DNA of 64,000 nucleotides from Phoronis australis (GCA_002633005.1 NMRA01000002.1:132804-196803), one strand, 5' to 3'; positions 1-14,607 are shown, counted from the first letter of the stretch. The notes: generated from the sequence alone by a model not told the origin. A program made the numbers and translations.

Positions 1-212
1 GATACCTCAGATGTGAAATATGTATGACTGCGCATCTCAAAATCGGAAAAGCTTGTGTATTGCTGACTGGTGTGCATAGCACTCCAATGATCTTGTTTGT
101 TTGTTGTACTTTGGGCCGATGGTCATGTGTACAAAAAAGAAAGGAATTAATACACCCTAAAGCAAACCTTCCCACGCCTACGCAATCTCTTTGTGGAGTT
201 TTGTCTTTTCAG

Positions 213-970
213 TGCAAGACAAACTTGCCCGACAAGGCTATGTGGATCTCGTAGAGTCTCGAAATATGTGGTACTGGTTATGGACAGTCACTTACATCAG
301 TGGCGTGTTTATGTTACTTTGGTATAGCAGACAGATGTACCTCGAGGAAGGGTTGCGACTGAGGAGACGTGCGCGTCGCGAATTCGATTACATCATCCTA
401 CGCATAGCTGCACTGATGAAGGGGGACAAGCAACTGCTGCACGATACAATACATTGCACGAAAAACTTCGATACGGAAGTAATTTCTGAGAATTACGAGT
501 ACGTCTCGAGGCAGCTGTGCAGGCATGGGCACGGTAAAAAACGGCCGTCGACGAGATCTATACCAGGCCCTTCGAAAGTAACAACTGTTCATCCCACAAT
601 TGGGAATCTGTTTCAAACTGCATTCGACATAAAATCAAATTCAGATAACTTGGATGATCTGTTGGAAACCTTTCGACAGCCAATAAAGGCAGGAACGTCT
701 GCAGACACAGTCCGCTCGCTGAATTTTTTTTCTTGTCTGCCATCTCCAGTGAACAAACTTTCATCATTCAAGTCTACATTTTCTCAAATACGAGATATAA
801 CGAAGACGCAGGTCAGAACAAATATCTCGGTTCCTTCGGTACATAAGACGCTATCATTCAATAAAGCGAAGGGTCGGTCTTTTTTAGGCTTGTCAGTCAA
901 GAAGGTTGGGCCTAGTGTCGAAAATTGCCTCCTCACAAAAGTGACAAAGGTGCCGAATCTGCCTTCATAG
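213..970 (+). CDS. Terminal exon (TM + cytoplasmic tail) of single-pass receptor, paralog A; upstream exons lie outside the window
   Basis: Acceptor ttgtcttttcAG at 211-212, phase 1. Encodes GYVDLVESRNMWYWLWTVTYISGVFMLLWYSR...EFDYIILRIAA..., clearly homologous to 18870-19693 with the same acceptor phase. Stop TAG at 968-970; AATAAA at 1281. Confidence 0.85.
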
Positions 971-3303
971 TAATGCTGGTAAGAAAGCTGAGCAAACCAG
1001 CTCGCCTGAAATGATCGCCATAAGGCATCGAGCACTTTTTTGGAAACGGATGGCGGGTTTGTCTAACCGTGATATGCTCTTTTTTGAGACTGGGTATTCT
1101 GGTGACTGTGATACGCTTCTAACTCTTCTCACAGTTCCTTGCAAATTCTGGACTTAGCAAAACGATCTGAAGTTGCATTTGCCTTCTTTGGACATTCTCG
1201 TAGCGGCAGCCATTGTGGTATAATGTGCGGTTTTCAAACTGTACGTGCTTTTCAAACTTCAACTGTGTGGCTGCGGCCGCAATAAATAACACGGGTGTCC
1301 GGCAACACCTTGGGTATTCACGTACCTTCAAATTTCTACCGAGATTTAAAAGTTATTTGCGTTTTTGCGAACTTCAGACATACAGCCGTTTGACAGACAC
1401 ATACAATGTCACATGACTTAGGTTTGCACATGTGCAAATAACTTACACTTCCGGGCAGGTTGTAAAAGTTATCAAGATCAGTGCATCTACAATCTTTAGA
1501 TGTGTGGCCAATCGTTTTGCACTTTGAAAGTCACATAACTTGCCTTACGACTGAAGTCAGCAAATGTGCAGATTAAAACGTACACCTCCGAGAGGAAATC
1601 GAAGCTACTAAAATATCTGAAGTGTTTTGGCTATGACTGGCTCGAGTGATTTGGCGCGTGTGACCATATGTAGTTGGAAAAACAATGGTTATGTGTTTCA
1701 AACACACACTCCTGCTGGGAATGCATAGCTACAAGCCGCTCTGAAAAACTGCGGGTTTCGGCAAATCCTGCCTCCGCCACCAATGGTGTAGATCGTTGTT
1801 TCCTTTGTGAACAGTGCTGGAGTACAAATCATGTAACATTTGATGCTGACACAGCTGTTGTTGGCGACTGAAGAGGTCGCGACTGTGCAGTCTTGTGTGC
1901 ATGGATATAAATGCAAAAGAAATATATATGTATCTTCTGTGCCTACTAAATTCCTTCGTTGTGTTTGTTACTGTGGCTCTAGAAGGTTTTCGTCGGTTAC
2001 TATTCATTACTGGTTGTGCTCATCCATTTTAGATTGAACTTTTGGAGATGGGAAACGTTCCTGTGCACTGCGTGTTCTTACAATGAAGCCATCTACAAAA
2101 AGTAAACGCAAGACATAAACAAACGCGCCGAAAATTGAATACATACTACATACATGTATGGTCACCATATTTACCGTGGTAGACATAGACCGGCGTGCGT
2201 CAACAAAACTCATTTTCCAGAGAAAGTTGGCTTGACGAAAGTGTTCACTTAATAATACTTGGTTTACTAAGATAATACAAATAGATTACCTCAAAAGGCG
2301 GGCATACAAAAAACATCTATCTGGTGGGCTGAAAGGTTCTAAGTTTGAAACCGTTGGCCGGTGTCGAATTTGATGAAATAGGTATCAAAATGTTTGTATT
2401 TCTGTACTATTTCAAGTAATATCGATTTCGGAGCGTTTAGTTATTTTGGCTACTCCGGGCATAGCCAATACACAACTCAAACAAATCGGAAGTTTCATTC
2501 AGATTTTTTTCACGATTTTATGAAATGGACGAATTAAATCTGAAGAAATTTTGAGTATGAGGCAAAATACTTGCCAAGTGCGCTAGTAGTAACCAAGTCT
2601 AATTGCCTTGGGATATTTAGGGACCCGCAAATGGTCTTACTGGGTTAAATTACTCTTCTTTCTACATTTCTATAACAACAACGAATCAAATCGTCTGCCG
2701 TCTTGTACTCTCAGAATTTGAGCTAATGGCGTCATGTTGTAATCAGTGGTGACCCGAATGCCGACCAACGAGTGAATGTATTTGTGCAGTGAAAAATGCT
2801 AATGGCGGAGTGACAAGCGGGTAGTAAAACGTCGATTATCTTCCACTGGATAAGTTCTTTTGAAGGGCTTGATTTGCGGGTTGTTGTTTTCGCCGTATTA
2901 TTTCTGAAGATCAGTGTTCTCAGGCGATCGTAATTTCGACGTGAGCAGGTTAATATCTGATGTGCAATTCGAGTGTGATGTGTATGATACTAAATGTCCA
3001 GTGCACGAACTGCCTGCTATGTTTAAAGGTTGATTTACCAAATACTCTGGGCTATGCATTTTTGTGCATAAACCTGAGGTCACTCTCGTTTTCAAGCTAG
3101 TAGAACGGAAAATATTATAAGTGCGTCGTTATTGGCATGCGCAAGAGGTGCAATGGAAAGTCTGTTCCAGTTCCAGGAACTTGACTTTTCCGGTTATTTG
3201 TTTTCTTTACTCAAGCGTGCTTGAAATCAAAACTGTTATGCGCAAAACGTGACACGTGTATTAACTAACTCCACGCAAACGACAGTCGCATGTCTCTACT
3301 AAA

Positions 3304-3373
3304 ATGTCATCTATTTTTATTAGCGTGTTTTTCACAATATTTTTTCAATGCTCAGAAGTACTTGATGCAACGA
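3304..3373 (+). CDS. Receptor paralog B exon 1: signal peptide
   Basis: aaaATG then MSSIFISVFFTIFFQCSEVLDAT, hydrophobic and signal-like. Perfect donor a|GTAAGT, phase 1, matching the next exon. Confidence 0.75.
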
Positions 3374-4183
3374 GTAAGTAAACCAGTTTTTACTTAAATT
3401 AGCTCTCTAACTTTCACGAAAGTGTAGATATTTGAAATACGCATTTCACATTTGGTAGTACATAATGATGTCTATACTGCTTGTCTTCGCTTGCACTATT
3501 CATTGGATGATTGCATATCCTAAAACAATATAGTCAGAACTCCCTCTCCAAAATCGGCTTTAGTACGGGTATCTTATCTGTGATTACAGTAATATGAGTA
3601 CATATCCGTTTCATTGTATTACTTTCGCAATGAAACTGTCTATCAAAAATCGACTGCCTGTTGTAGTTATTACCACTACTATCAAACTTCTTTTTCTCAT
3701 ATAAATAATTGTGCAAACGTAAACATTTAAATAGAAATTGGTTTTAGTTGTCGTTCAAACTTGCAGTGCGGCCCTTTGCTGATATAGTTTTGCCGCTTTT
3801 TTGAAAATTACCCGATTTTTTTCAATTTGACAACGGCACTCTTTAATTATACCATTTTGCCAAAATGTCGAGGATAAGTCTCTTCTTTCCCCCGGGGACG
3901 ATGCCAAAATGACGTCACATATAAATTAAGAATTAGTTAGATAGTTATACCCGAGAGCCCTTCACCGAGGGCAGTCGATGTACTTGTCGCGGAAGTAATC
4001 ACCTTGCCGAGCAAGAGCAGAAAGAGATAGAGTTTTTTGCGGTAAAATAAATTCTTCGAAGTCCGACGATTGAACTTTGTGGCGGGCACAAGTATTTGCC
4101 GGTCACAATTCCAGTGTATTTTGCATGATTCTTATGCTAAGTACATGTCATGTGAACGAGGTTTAAAACCTTTTTTATTTCAG

Positions 4184-4269
4184 AAAGGACAATGACACCT
4201 AGATACCAAACCATTCAGCACAGAGACACTGCAACCTTCAATTGTTATCTGCTAGGTGACTGGTATAGG
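4184..4269 (+). CDS. Receptor paralog B exon 2: N-terminal half of Ig domain
   Basis: Acceptor ttttttatttcAG. Encodes KRTMTPRYQTIQHRDTATFNCYLLGDWYR (B-strand TFNC). Donor agg|GTATGA, phase 1 to 0. Confidence 0.8.
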
Positions 4270-5608
4270 GTATGATTCAGCTTTATTTTGGTCTAGGTAT
4301 AACATGGGGTTTTAACGAGTGCGGGAGTTCGGGTCAGCTTGAGGGGTTCCATACAGAGTGGACATACACAGAGGCATGATTCCTCACAGATACAGAAAGA
4401 CCGAAGTCTGCCGCGGACAATAGAGTGGGATACGAATCCACTTCCCTGGGTCGGTGATGGCACGTTCACTTACGGTTCAAATTATTTGGCCGGCGTGCTA
4501 AATCCAGCGACGGCACACAAATAGCCAGAACAGCAGCACGCTAAATCCTGTAATTGCACCGGAAATTCTCCTAACTCAAATTTCTGGAACCGTCCCTGGT
4601 AAAACTGTAATGGAATACCCATAAAAGAATATTATAGGAAATGCATCAGCATTTTTGGTGTCCTCACACAAATACCCGAGAGGTTCGAGAGTTCAGATTC
4701 AGCAGCATTATTGAACGTGACACTGAGACGCGCCGGTTGCATGTTCGTGGTCAGATCCATCGGAACATCTCGAGTACTTTCGTTGCCTTAGATTTTCCTT
4801 GAAGATGTTTCATGTCTTCACATGCGCGAACCTCAATCATTACAACAAAATTATTTGGTCAAGTGACGGTAAAACATCGTACTTGGTGGTTGACACTCAA
4901 TGTTTTTTTATGCCACGGTTGAATTTAGGTCCCCCAATTGAAAATTTACGCTTGCTGGGTTGACTGAGCATTTCAAGTTCTGTACTGCATGTGCAGGCTA
5001 CGAATGGCCTTAGCTTTATTTATGAGTCTGTTCTGAATGAGATTGACTGCTGTTGACCTCCATAGCCCACGTTTTGCTCAACCTTGGCTTTTCTGAAACC
5101 TTTACTGCTCGTAAGCTGGAAGTTGAACTTGAGCAGGAAATCCAGGTTCCCTTCAGACTTTTAATTTGTGAAAAATCTGGCTTGTCGACACCAACTTTTA
5201 ACCTGATATCTGGAATTTGGAGAGTTTTGGCAGAATGAATGCACTGTCTCTCAGTTCATAGCAATCGCATGCAAATTGTGGCTTTGAGGTGAAAACTGCT
5301 GATTTGGCGTATTTTGGCCCTTTTTTCCTAGTAGTCGGCTTCAGTTACGGTGGCGGAAAATTGACTTTGGAGTCAGTTTCAATAGACCTTGTGCCAGGTT
5401 TTTGGGCCCATTACAGTCTTCAAATTTTCAGGCTTTGTACATCCTGTGGAACAGACTGTTGGAGCTGACTGGGCCTGGTTTCTCAAACCTCATAATCAGC
5501 AAAAACTGTTTTAACAGTGGCACCCAGCTGGCACCCGGCCGACGTCGTTATCATCATTAGTTGCGCCTCCTGGTGTTGTGTTAGCACCGATACCTTAATA
5601 AAACTTAA

Positions 5609-7287
5609 AGGAGAATGCCAACTGATTTAATTAGTATTTTTTACCGTCTTAATCGGTACGTACACGGTCGACCTCACCTTGCCGAGAGGTGTCGCGTTAA
5701 CATGTGAGAAAGGTGAGAAACGACGCAGCGACGTCAGTGGTTCGTCTGCAGAGTGAATGCCGCTTATGCGGTGCGTCGTTCCCGCTTGTCCGAACTATGA
5801 AGCTGCGAAGAAAGCGTGTATATCGTTTTTTTGACTTCTTCGAGAGCCCGAAATGCTTAGAACGAAGTGGCTAGCGGTCGTGAAGAATGCAAGGTTAGCT
5901 GTTAATAGCAAGTATGAGGCCGTGAAACTTTTCCGTGTCTGTTGCCGGCATTTCGTCGACAGGGATTTCTCTGACAAATTCCGACTTCCCAAAGAACTAT
6001 CCATATGTTCCGTTGCCTGTTCATGTTCACGGCGCCTCTCTTGTATTTCTTGATCAGTATATTCCGGTTCGAACTGACAGCCTGTGAAACCTAACGATCC
6101 GACCCGTGAAGTCTTCGTCTGATGAGCTCTTGACTACGCCGGGATTGGCGCCGGGCGAGTTGACATGTAGACGTTGATTATTCTGCGCTCTGCTTCAAAA
6201 TGAATTATTTTCATTAAAACCAATGCTTATATAAAACTGAAACAAAGTCTGTCTCATTAGATACAATTTGTAATGCCTTTGTAGTATTCGCCTGAGTGCA
6301 AATGTTGAGAAGCCAGCAGTGCGGAATAAACCACTGCGTTATAGAATTTTGATGTCGGCAATAAAGTTAATCGACCGGGCACCGAGGCCGAGTGAGCGTA
6401 TGCTAATTCAGTGCTTGCCGACAGAAAGCTGTTGCGAAACAATTACTCGATTTTATATGCTATGGTCAAATGTTAGGGGAATATTTATTTAGAAATACAA
6501 ATACATTAATCAAATCATTGTTACTGTGACGGTCTGTGGAAGGTGAACTCGACTCCGCGGCCCCCGACAAGTAAGTAGATTTTCAGTTTCGTGGCTAAAT
6601 CACATTTACGTGCACATTATTTTGTCGGCTCACTATTATAGTCTTTTCGTGACTGTAGGTTTAGTTTCCAACTCAAGCCGGTTTATGTTCGTGCCGGTCC
6701 CGGCGGACGCGACAGGCCTGATCGGGTTCCGAGCCACTGCCCGGGATAACGAGTCAGTCCGGCCGCGACGGGCCTGATCGGGTTGCGAGCAACTGACTGG
6801 CCGGGATAAGCGTTTTGTGTGTTTAGAACTCAAAAAATCACAAGTCTAAACAATACAGATCTAGGTTTTCCTGTCTGTATTTCATGGAAGAAAGTTCGTA
6901 TTTATCTCCGAACAGACCCCAAACTCCTGCTACGGACCTTGGTAAATTGGCCTGCCGAACTCGGGCTACGGTGTTTCCAAATACCAATAAATCCGTAACA
7001 GCGAAATAAAACAAGAACTAGGTGTATTTTTTAGGGTTTTACATCGAAGTTTGATGATTTTTTGGTGTTAAACGATGAATTCAAGCGATAAGCTGACACT
7101 GAGACCAGTAACCCGTGTCGTGAACCGCTGAACAGACTGCGTGTGAAACCAATTACGTCATTGGATAATTTCAACACCTCCGTCTGCCGTCACGTGTCAG
7201 GTAACGCAACCGAACGTGCCGTTATCGAGTAGAACTACTCGATCTAAATTGATACAAAATAGGTTGTTTTTTGGGTGACATTCTCCT
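5609..7287 (+). mobile_element. Kolobok-like non-autonomous DNA transposon with THAP remnant
   Basis: TTAA on both flanks (5605-5608, 7288-7291). TIR AGGAGAATGCCA / TGACATTCTCCT. THAP domain from 5757 (RCVVPAC...SFF*...KW...RVCCRHF) with an in-frame TGA at 5832. Confidence 0.75.
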
Positions 7288-7817
7288 TTAACATTTTTGG
7301 GGAACGCAATTGTCCCCCTTTACGGCGCATATGTAATTGGAATGACTGTCCCGGGTGTGGCGAGTCAGTTGCGTTTATGGTGGTTGTGACAACTTAGTAT
7401 TTGACCACGCGGCTGTGTGACTCTTCCCTTTCCTACGGGACATAGAGGAGAGCGGATTCGGAACATGTTTGTTCGAGAAATCGCGTGTTGGTGGACATGA
7501 GGCACTGGCGCTTGGTTACGTTCACTGGTCACACTCCATGTCCGCGGAGCTAAGACACTTTCTACTGAACTCGTTTTTCTTCTATTTTCTCGGTTTTGAG
7601 ATATTGAATTCACGATTGTGATGTGCAGTGCTGCTTACAATGTAGTTACTTGTCAAAACAAGGGAAATTTTGGTTTTAAGCAATTTAATTCACTTACATG
7701 AAATCGACGCTTGGTTTGATTGCCAAAAGTTAGTTAATCAGCATTGTGGCCTTCTGTGGGTTAATTGTCCCACGTGACTACTTGACTAAATATTTACACA
7801 GGAATACGCTCCCTATA

Positions 7818-9634
7818 GGCCATAGTCCATTCGACTCTAGGAAGCCTAGAAAATCACTTCTGTGGACACTTTTTGGGGGCAAGATAATTTTGGTGTTTTT
7901 AAGGTCATTAAGCATCTAAAAAGTTCCCAAGGCTTGACTTGCACGCACAGAAAACCAATCTTCAAAAACCAACAACACTATACAAAAACTGAATGATAAT
8001 TTGATTTGGATTAGCTCATTTGAAGTTATTGAGCATGAAAAGTGATATGTATGTATATTATGATATTAGGTAGAAAATTCCTCAAAAAAGAGAGGAAATA
8101 TTTTAGCTGCGCCTCCTGTTGGCCAGAAAACATACTACTATATTCTGATCTGCCAAAAGATCATTGGAACTTGATGAAGATTTGATATCACAACCTACAT
8201 ATGAACACTTCTGCAACAAATTCACTGTCATCACTTTCTTTAATTGTCACAACTAAATGATTGGTATTCACTGTCAACTGTCACAGGGAACATACACCCA
8301 ACAGTCCCCACAGTCACCAGCATGATTAAATGTTGTCAATATTTTCCATTAGAAAAATTGAAAATTTAAAGTTCATTGTGGTGGCAAGACATATAAGGTA
8401 TATTTCTTCGAGCATTGTTAAATGTACATGTAACTGACAGTGACAATCTCCTTAATTTTCTAGTGGGCTCAACATTATTTCCATCATCAGATTGGTCTTT
8501 TTCTTTTTTAAGACCTCTTTCAATTTTTGTTACTTCCGTTAAGTTTCTGTAAAACTGCTTGTGATAGAAGCATGCGCGCACCAAGCTTAAAAATGGGGGG
8601 CTCGAGTTTTTGAGAAGGTGGACATTTATTAAGATTCACGGGGTACTTCAGAGCTACGAATTGTGGTCGCCGAATTTTGGTAGTTCCTGCCTTTTTATAG
8701 CCAGCCAACTAGCTGTATGAAGACTGTCGTCAAAATAAAGCTAGTTACCACTGTGTATATTTAGTATACAGCTTTTGTACCAAAGCTAGCCTTTTTAGTG
8801 AACTTTTGTCTCGTTTTCTACTTTTCGGAGTTTTTGTTTCTCTGAGGCAGACCTTTTTTCCCACTTTACCAAATGGGGAGGCTCGTTCAAGCCCCCGATC
8901 CCCCTACCACTGGGTGTGCGCATGACAAGAGATATGTTTTTTCACAAAAACTTAAAAACTTGTCAGCAATGATACTTCTTTTGCACTCAATGTTGATAAG
9001 TTTGTTTGCAGTAGCCTTTTACCAGGTAATATCTGAAAATTCCAGCTCTGAAATTTGAGCAGAACCTGACACATGAATGCAACAAGGGGCAGACATCTTG
9101 CCAGTCTATTGTGAAATCGCACACTTGTTCAATAATTCATGGTTTCAGCAGAGTCCTAGCTGTCCCAAAACTGTTCTTTGCGAAACACAAAATGATTCAG
9201 GAATGTGCCAAGAATTGTTCCAGTAGGATGACACTCGTGGCCACGTGATTTGGCTTTGCTCAATTCCTAACTGCTGCCTCCTGGTTTTTGAGCCTTGGCC
9301 CTATTACTTGCACACCCATCCAAGATTTAATACTACTCAATGTAGTCAGTAGCAGTAAACAAGCTAACTAAGCCAGCAGGATAACATCAGCTGACTGTCC
9401 TCTGATGAATGTTTTCATGCCAAGCAGACGACTGACACTTGGTGGCTAACATATTAGTTGAGGTTATATTTTTCCAATTTTTAAATTAAAATACTTACTA
9501 AAAGGGCAGGTGTGCTCCTGGGAACTTTTTTGAAATTGGCTTTTGAACATCTGTAGATGGGTTTAATGCAAAGTTCCCTTTGCCCCCAGAAAGTAGCCAC
9601 GGAGGTGAAATATAGGAGAGCTAGGACTATGGCC
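7818..9634. mobile_element. Putative non-autonomous DNA transposon (11-bp TIR)
   Basis: GGCCATAGTCC at 7818 and its exact reverse complement GGACTATGGCC ending at 9634. No clear TSD. Confidence 0.45.
8571..8924. mobile_element. MITE, CATG ends, near-perfect 5-bp TSD
   Basis: TIR CATGCGCGCACC / GGTGTGCGCATG; flanks agaag / acaag. Confidence 0.5.
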
Positions 9635-9832
9635 AAATAGACCTAAAGCACTCGAGAGTGTCGATCGGTGTTATTGCGTGATCTTTCTTTCTTACAAGTG
9701 CATTGGGTCGATGGAACGCGGTACAAGAAGAACCGTTGTCTCACCAGCGTCACCCGCTGACACCATCCATCGAGTTAAAAGTATTGTCGACATTCGATTG
9801 TGCGATGTTGAAAGGGGTTCCCATCTTTCCAG

Positions 9833-10058
9833 GATAGAGTCGATTGGATATTCAATGGCACTCGACTTACATCAAACTTCAAAACGATAACAGACAGAAA
9901 AGATCTTGAAATAAAGTACCAGCGTTATACGGTTGAAGGACTGTATGAAACAGATTCAACTTTGGTCATCAAAAGTGTTCGGTATGGAATTGACAATGGC
10001 ACGTACACATGTGAGTTTGACAATGGATACCAGTTGAAGGGGAAACTTGATGTAACGC
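9833..10058 (+). CDS. Receptor paralog B exon 3: C-terminal half of Ig domain
   Basis: Acceptor ttcccatctttccAG. Encodes DRVDWIFNG...STLVIKSVRYGIDNGTYTCEF...KLDVT (C-strand W and DxGxYxC motif). Donor c|GTAAGT, phase 0 to 1. Not in the ORF track. Confidence 0.88.
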
Positions 10059-13000
10059 GTAAGTTTGTGACCTTTCTTCAGGTACATGTGCACAGAGAAT
10101 TGACGCGAGGTGGGATAAGTGACAGAGCAGAAGAAATATGACACATTATTGAAATCTTCAGAAGCGTAGAGAGGGGTCGGGATGCAGCTCCCTCGGCTCG
10201 CGATAGCAGAATCCACCAGAACAGTAACAGTGAACAAAAGCGCAGAAAGGTTTTCTTTAAAGGAGTAAACACGAATAAAATGTGAGCGCATGCAGCCCCG
10301 TCGACACCAATTTCGGTCTCCCCCACCAGTTTCGCCTCCCTCGGTCGTCTCGGAGTTTCCACGCTCCTTAGATAATTCGGAACATTCTCGGGTATTTCGT
10401 AACGACCTCAAATTTCCCGGACGGAAAAACGTTATACACGGTTGTGACGATTTCAGTAGGCGAGTCATGTGAGTTTCAAAATGGAGAACTGATTTACTGT
10501 ATAGGAAGCACTAAACAGTTCTCACAGGGATTTGCCTATCAGAACAAACGTCGATGGACTCTTCACCCTTTCTTCACTCTGTCAAAAACTGCATGCAAAT
10601 AAAGAAAAGATTTCAGTCATTTCAAATCACAAGCCCTACAGATGACCACAGAAACTTTGTACTCTCTTTTATTTTTGACCCTTTCACTGCCAGTGGAAAC
10701 CAAGCTGAACTAAAAAAAATAAGGGCAAAAATGCAACACCGGCACTTTTCACCCCAAAATCACCACTTCCCTGCCGATGCTCGACTAAAGCCAACAGTAG
10801 ATTCAGGAAGCAAATTTCCTACCGATTCCAAAAAAGTGGTCCAAAAGTACTGTCAACCGACTAGTTTCTTTGAAAATCTGGCTTGTTTGAGGGTTACCTG
10901 AAATCGCGGCCAATTTCTCAGTTGCTACACAGCCGCTCAATTGCAACAGGGGGCCACCATCTTGAAGAAGAGTACAGCTACAGCCGCGAAAGTGGCCTTT
11001 TTTTCTCATCGTGTTCACAAATACAAAAAAAAAACACAATCACTTGGCTTACATACAGTACCTAGTCAAAAAATGCCCCCAAGCCTGGCCTACCCCCAGA
11101 TTTTAATATTTTGGAGTGCAAATTGGCCGCGGCAGCAGTCTAACTGTTCAGTGCCACCTATAATTGAATCTTGCACATGCGCAGATAACGTTCATTCTGT
11201 CGGGGGAAGGTTGAGGTGTTCCGAATCAACCTAGACCTCATTTACATTGACAGTACATTATGCGGTAGTTCCACCACGGTTGTCTGCCTGTTCGTTGAAA
11301 GGAAGGCAACTGTTTTAGTGTCATTTTGGTTCAGTTGCGATTTTCTTATTCATGTGAGTTAAATTGCTCCAGGTTCTAATTAACTTTACATGTAAGTGAC
11401 GTTGGAGGCCCGAATCATACCCCGCCAGCTTAGTCTGTGCAGTACATGCAGTTCGGAATGTGTGTAACTGACATCGGTTGCATCATTGTGAACGTCAGCT
11501 CGCAACAAGTTAGACCGATGCATGTCTTTTTTCCGAGTCTTATTCAGTATGCCTAGAAATTGTTGAATGCCGGGATGCAAACATCATGAGCTTTCGAAGA
11601 GTCTATACTGAAGTGTTTACCGATTTCCAGTGGTTGACAAGATCCGTTAGAGTATAGGCTCATTTCTTGAAAAGGGAAGCGTCGCGAGCTGCTTGCAGCG
11701 GCTGTAGTGACTCAGGACCACGAAGTTGGTGTTTCCCGTTCGCGTGAAAAATTTCGATAGCGTTCAAGGCTTGCCTCAAGTCTAGTTAGGATCAGCTCGC
11801 AGCCAACTTCATGCAAGCCGAAAATAGCCAAGTTCCTTCCGTATTTGGAAAGTCATGTGAGTTGTACTCCTGACAGGTGTCGGAACTTTCGCACTTAAGA
11901 AAAACTATAAAGAATTCATAAAGCACCGTCCTTTTATTTGCTATTATTCTGTACAATATGAATGGCCGTTAAGTATCCTATAAACTGAGTGTAATACGAA
12001 GACAAGTGTACAGTCTGAGGATAAGGTTTTTGTCAGTGCTGCACATTTACTACGCACTATACCAGCGCAGTGTATAAATGTATTGGCCAATGGAGGGTAG
12101 GTTTATAACATGGGCGGCGCAGCACTGAAAAATGTGGGGCTACAGCCCCCCTGTGGTTCAGTGCCCACTCACCATGGGTGGTGTAGCAATGTTGCGCCGC
12201 TCACTTTGATGTATAAAGGTGTTGCCCTTACTGAATGGATATCAACATGGAATTTTCAAAACTTACAGACGATATAGCGATGAGGGGGTCAATCTGTACC
12301 TTGTTGGGATCGATGCCCAGCTTTCGTTGCTATACACGTCTTCAAGTGCAGTGCTTAAAACGGCCATTTACCTGGTTTTGACAAGTGACTACATTGCGTG
12401 TGCCAGCATCATTAAACCTTCCTTAAAACACTGCATATCCCAATCATGAATTCAACGCAGCGCCAGTGTCATGTCCACCAGCACGCGAGTTTCTTGTGCA
12501 TATTTGTGCCAGATCTAACCTCCTCCGGTGTCCCGCGGGAAAATGAAAAGCGCCACAACGTGGTCGAATACTAACTGTTACTACCACCACAAACGCAAAG
12601 ATCGACTTGCCATTCCTTATATCGTATAAACCAGGAGCAATATCTGACCACTTTTCACACTAAACATATTGGAGGATGATGAATGCTGTGGTTGGTTGTT
12701 TCAATTTTATGCAGTACATTTCGAAATGAGCTCATTAACATATCGTCAGATAGTGTTTGCCGGTCTTCGGATTTGACAGCTGATCGTCCGGTGTGTTTTG
12801 TATTTTTTATATGAAACTGGTGATTTCAAGCATTTAATGCCAGCCATAAAGTCTCCAGGTACATGTTTACGTTCGAGGATAGCAGCCACCACGACCTCAC
12901 CAAGTACGTGATTCGTGTTTTTGTGGTCGCCGACTCTAGTTTACTCGACGCATAAGTACGCCAATTTTTGGAAAATAAGATACAACCAAAAGATGTCCAC

Positions 13001-14432
13001 AATAAATCCTTGCATAAAGAAAGCTGGCGGGGAATGACTCGAGCCGCGAACGTCATTTCCGAAGCATGCCGTGAAAAATACGCTTACAAGGAAGTCACGC
13101 ATTTCTAAAGATATGCGGGAATTTTCGCCGCTCGTCCTTCTGAGCGGCTTTCACCGGGAAAAAAAGAGAGAGCGGCGCTGGAGTCGTATACAGTTGTAAC
13201 GACCGCATTGTCCGGTGCGAGCAAGACCCAAGAATGGTTTTCGATTTTTAAAAATTGATGAACTAATAAGCTAAAAACATTGGGTGCGTATTGACGTACT
13301 CGTTGGATTTACAAACGCTGATCAGAGTTAACAATATCACATGCATTATTCTTTTAATATGCTTTCAATCTCGTTTAACCTGATTTTTTACAAGGAAGCA
13401 GCTGTACTTAACTTGCGCTCACTCTTCATTTTATTATGACTGACATCGAGTTAGAATAGTTAGTCAGTGCAAACGAAATTGTCCACAGATTCCAAACCTT
13501 CAGTTTTGCACTTTTGTATACATTTTATGATTTGAGTTCTAATAAAGATTAAACTTGAACTAGTGACCTGTAGTTTTGTTCGCTGTGAAATGCTAGGTGA
13601 AGGTGTAATCTGGGCTGGGTTCATACTTAACTAAATTAATTAAGTTTTGCTGGCGATCAAAATCTACACTCGTTTTGGTACTTCAAGTTTAAAAATAAAA
13701 CAAAAAGATATCAACCCGTTATCGGTAAGAAAAAAGTACACAGGAATATTAAAAATGGAATAACAAAAACCGGTATGAAACGTATTTAAAGCCATCTTTC
13801 CTATTAGGAAATGTCCCTTTGTCAAGATAAATACAAATAAACTTTTTTAGTTTTTTTTGTAATACTTAAAATGTACCAAGTTAAAACTACTGGAAAATGC
13901 AAGAGAAACCCAATTTGGGTGTAATAACAACCACCATTGTTGAGACAGTAGTGGTAGCTGTTACCTTTCCACGTCATAGCTCAGATTTACATGTGCATCA
14001 ATACAAAGGGCGCACTGAATAAGCATCATTATAAAAGTTGTCTGGGGCTAAGGAAATCTGAGCGGTGACCAGTGTAAGCGAGAAATTCTCCACGTGAGTA
14101 ACGCGTGCATAATTAAATAGAGCCAGGGGTATTTAATTAACTTCGAAAGTTCGTATCCAAGATAACCAAAACATAACAGCAAAGCTGGACTGAAATCTCA
14201 TCTGCGTACACCACAATGTACTCGAGCAATGAATAATGGACGCTTATTTTGCGTTCGTATAAAAGTTGAACGGAAATTTTTAATAATTATTTCAGTCACG
14301 AGTGTGGTCTCTGGCATAAGGATCATTTTGCATGGACAAAAATTATATACGGTGTCTTACGTTTCGATGGTAAATCAGTCCTTCATCATCAAGAAGATAC
14401 AAAATTATACATTACAATATGTTATTAGTAAT

Positions 14433-14607
14433 CAGTCGCGGTTTTAGGTGGGCAAGGGAGCCATGCCAACCCCTCCCCCCACCCTAAAATTCTCCCAAGT
14501 TCCATTTATTTGGCAATTCGGAGGTGCGAATGTCTGACGGGCAAAATCCTAGCTAATACTGTGCCCTGCCCCCAACCCCCTAAATCAGGGACCTCAATCC
14601 GTCCCTG
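14433..14607. mobile_element. GC-rich MITE, CAG...CTG ends, near-perfect 5-bp TSD
   Basis: Ends CAGTCGCGGTT / AATCCGTCCCTG; flanks gtaat / gttat. Confidence 0.45.

Noticed and set aside
9678-9832. Apparent frameshifted first half of the Ig domain (LCDVE..GFP or TFDCAMLKGVP) upstream of DRVDW
   Set aside because: A strong acceptor at 9831-9832 and a phase-matched exon at 4184-4269 supply the first Cys without any frameshift.
9956-11234. Cluster of 60-170 aa ORFs on both strands
   Set aside because: No recognisable domains; they overlap the antisense of the Ig exon and repeat-like intronic DNA.
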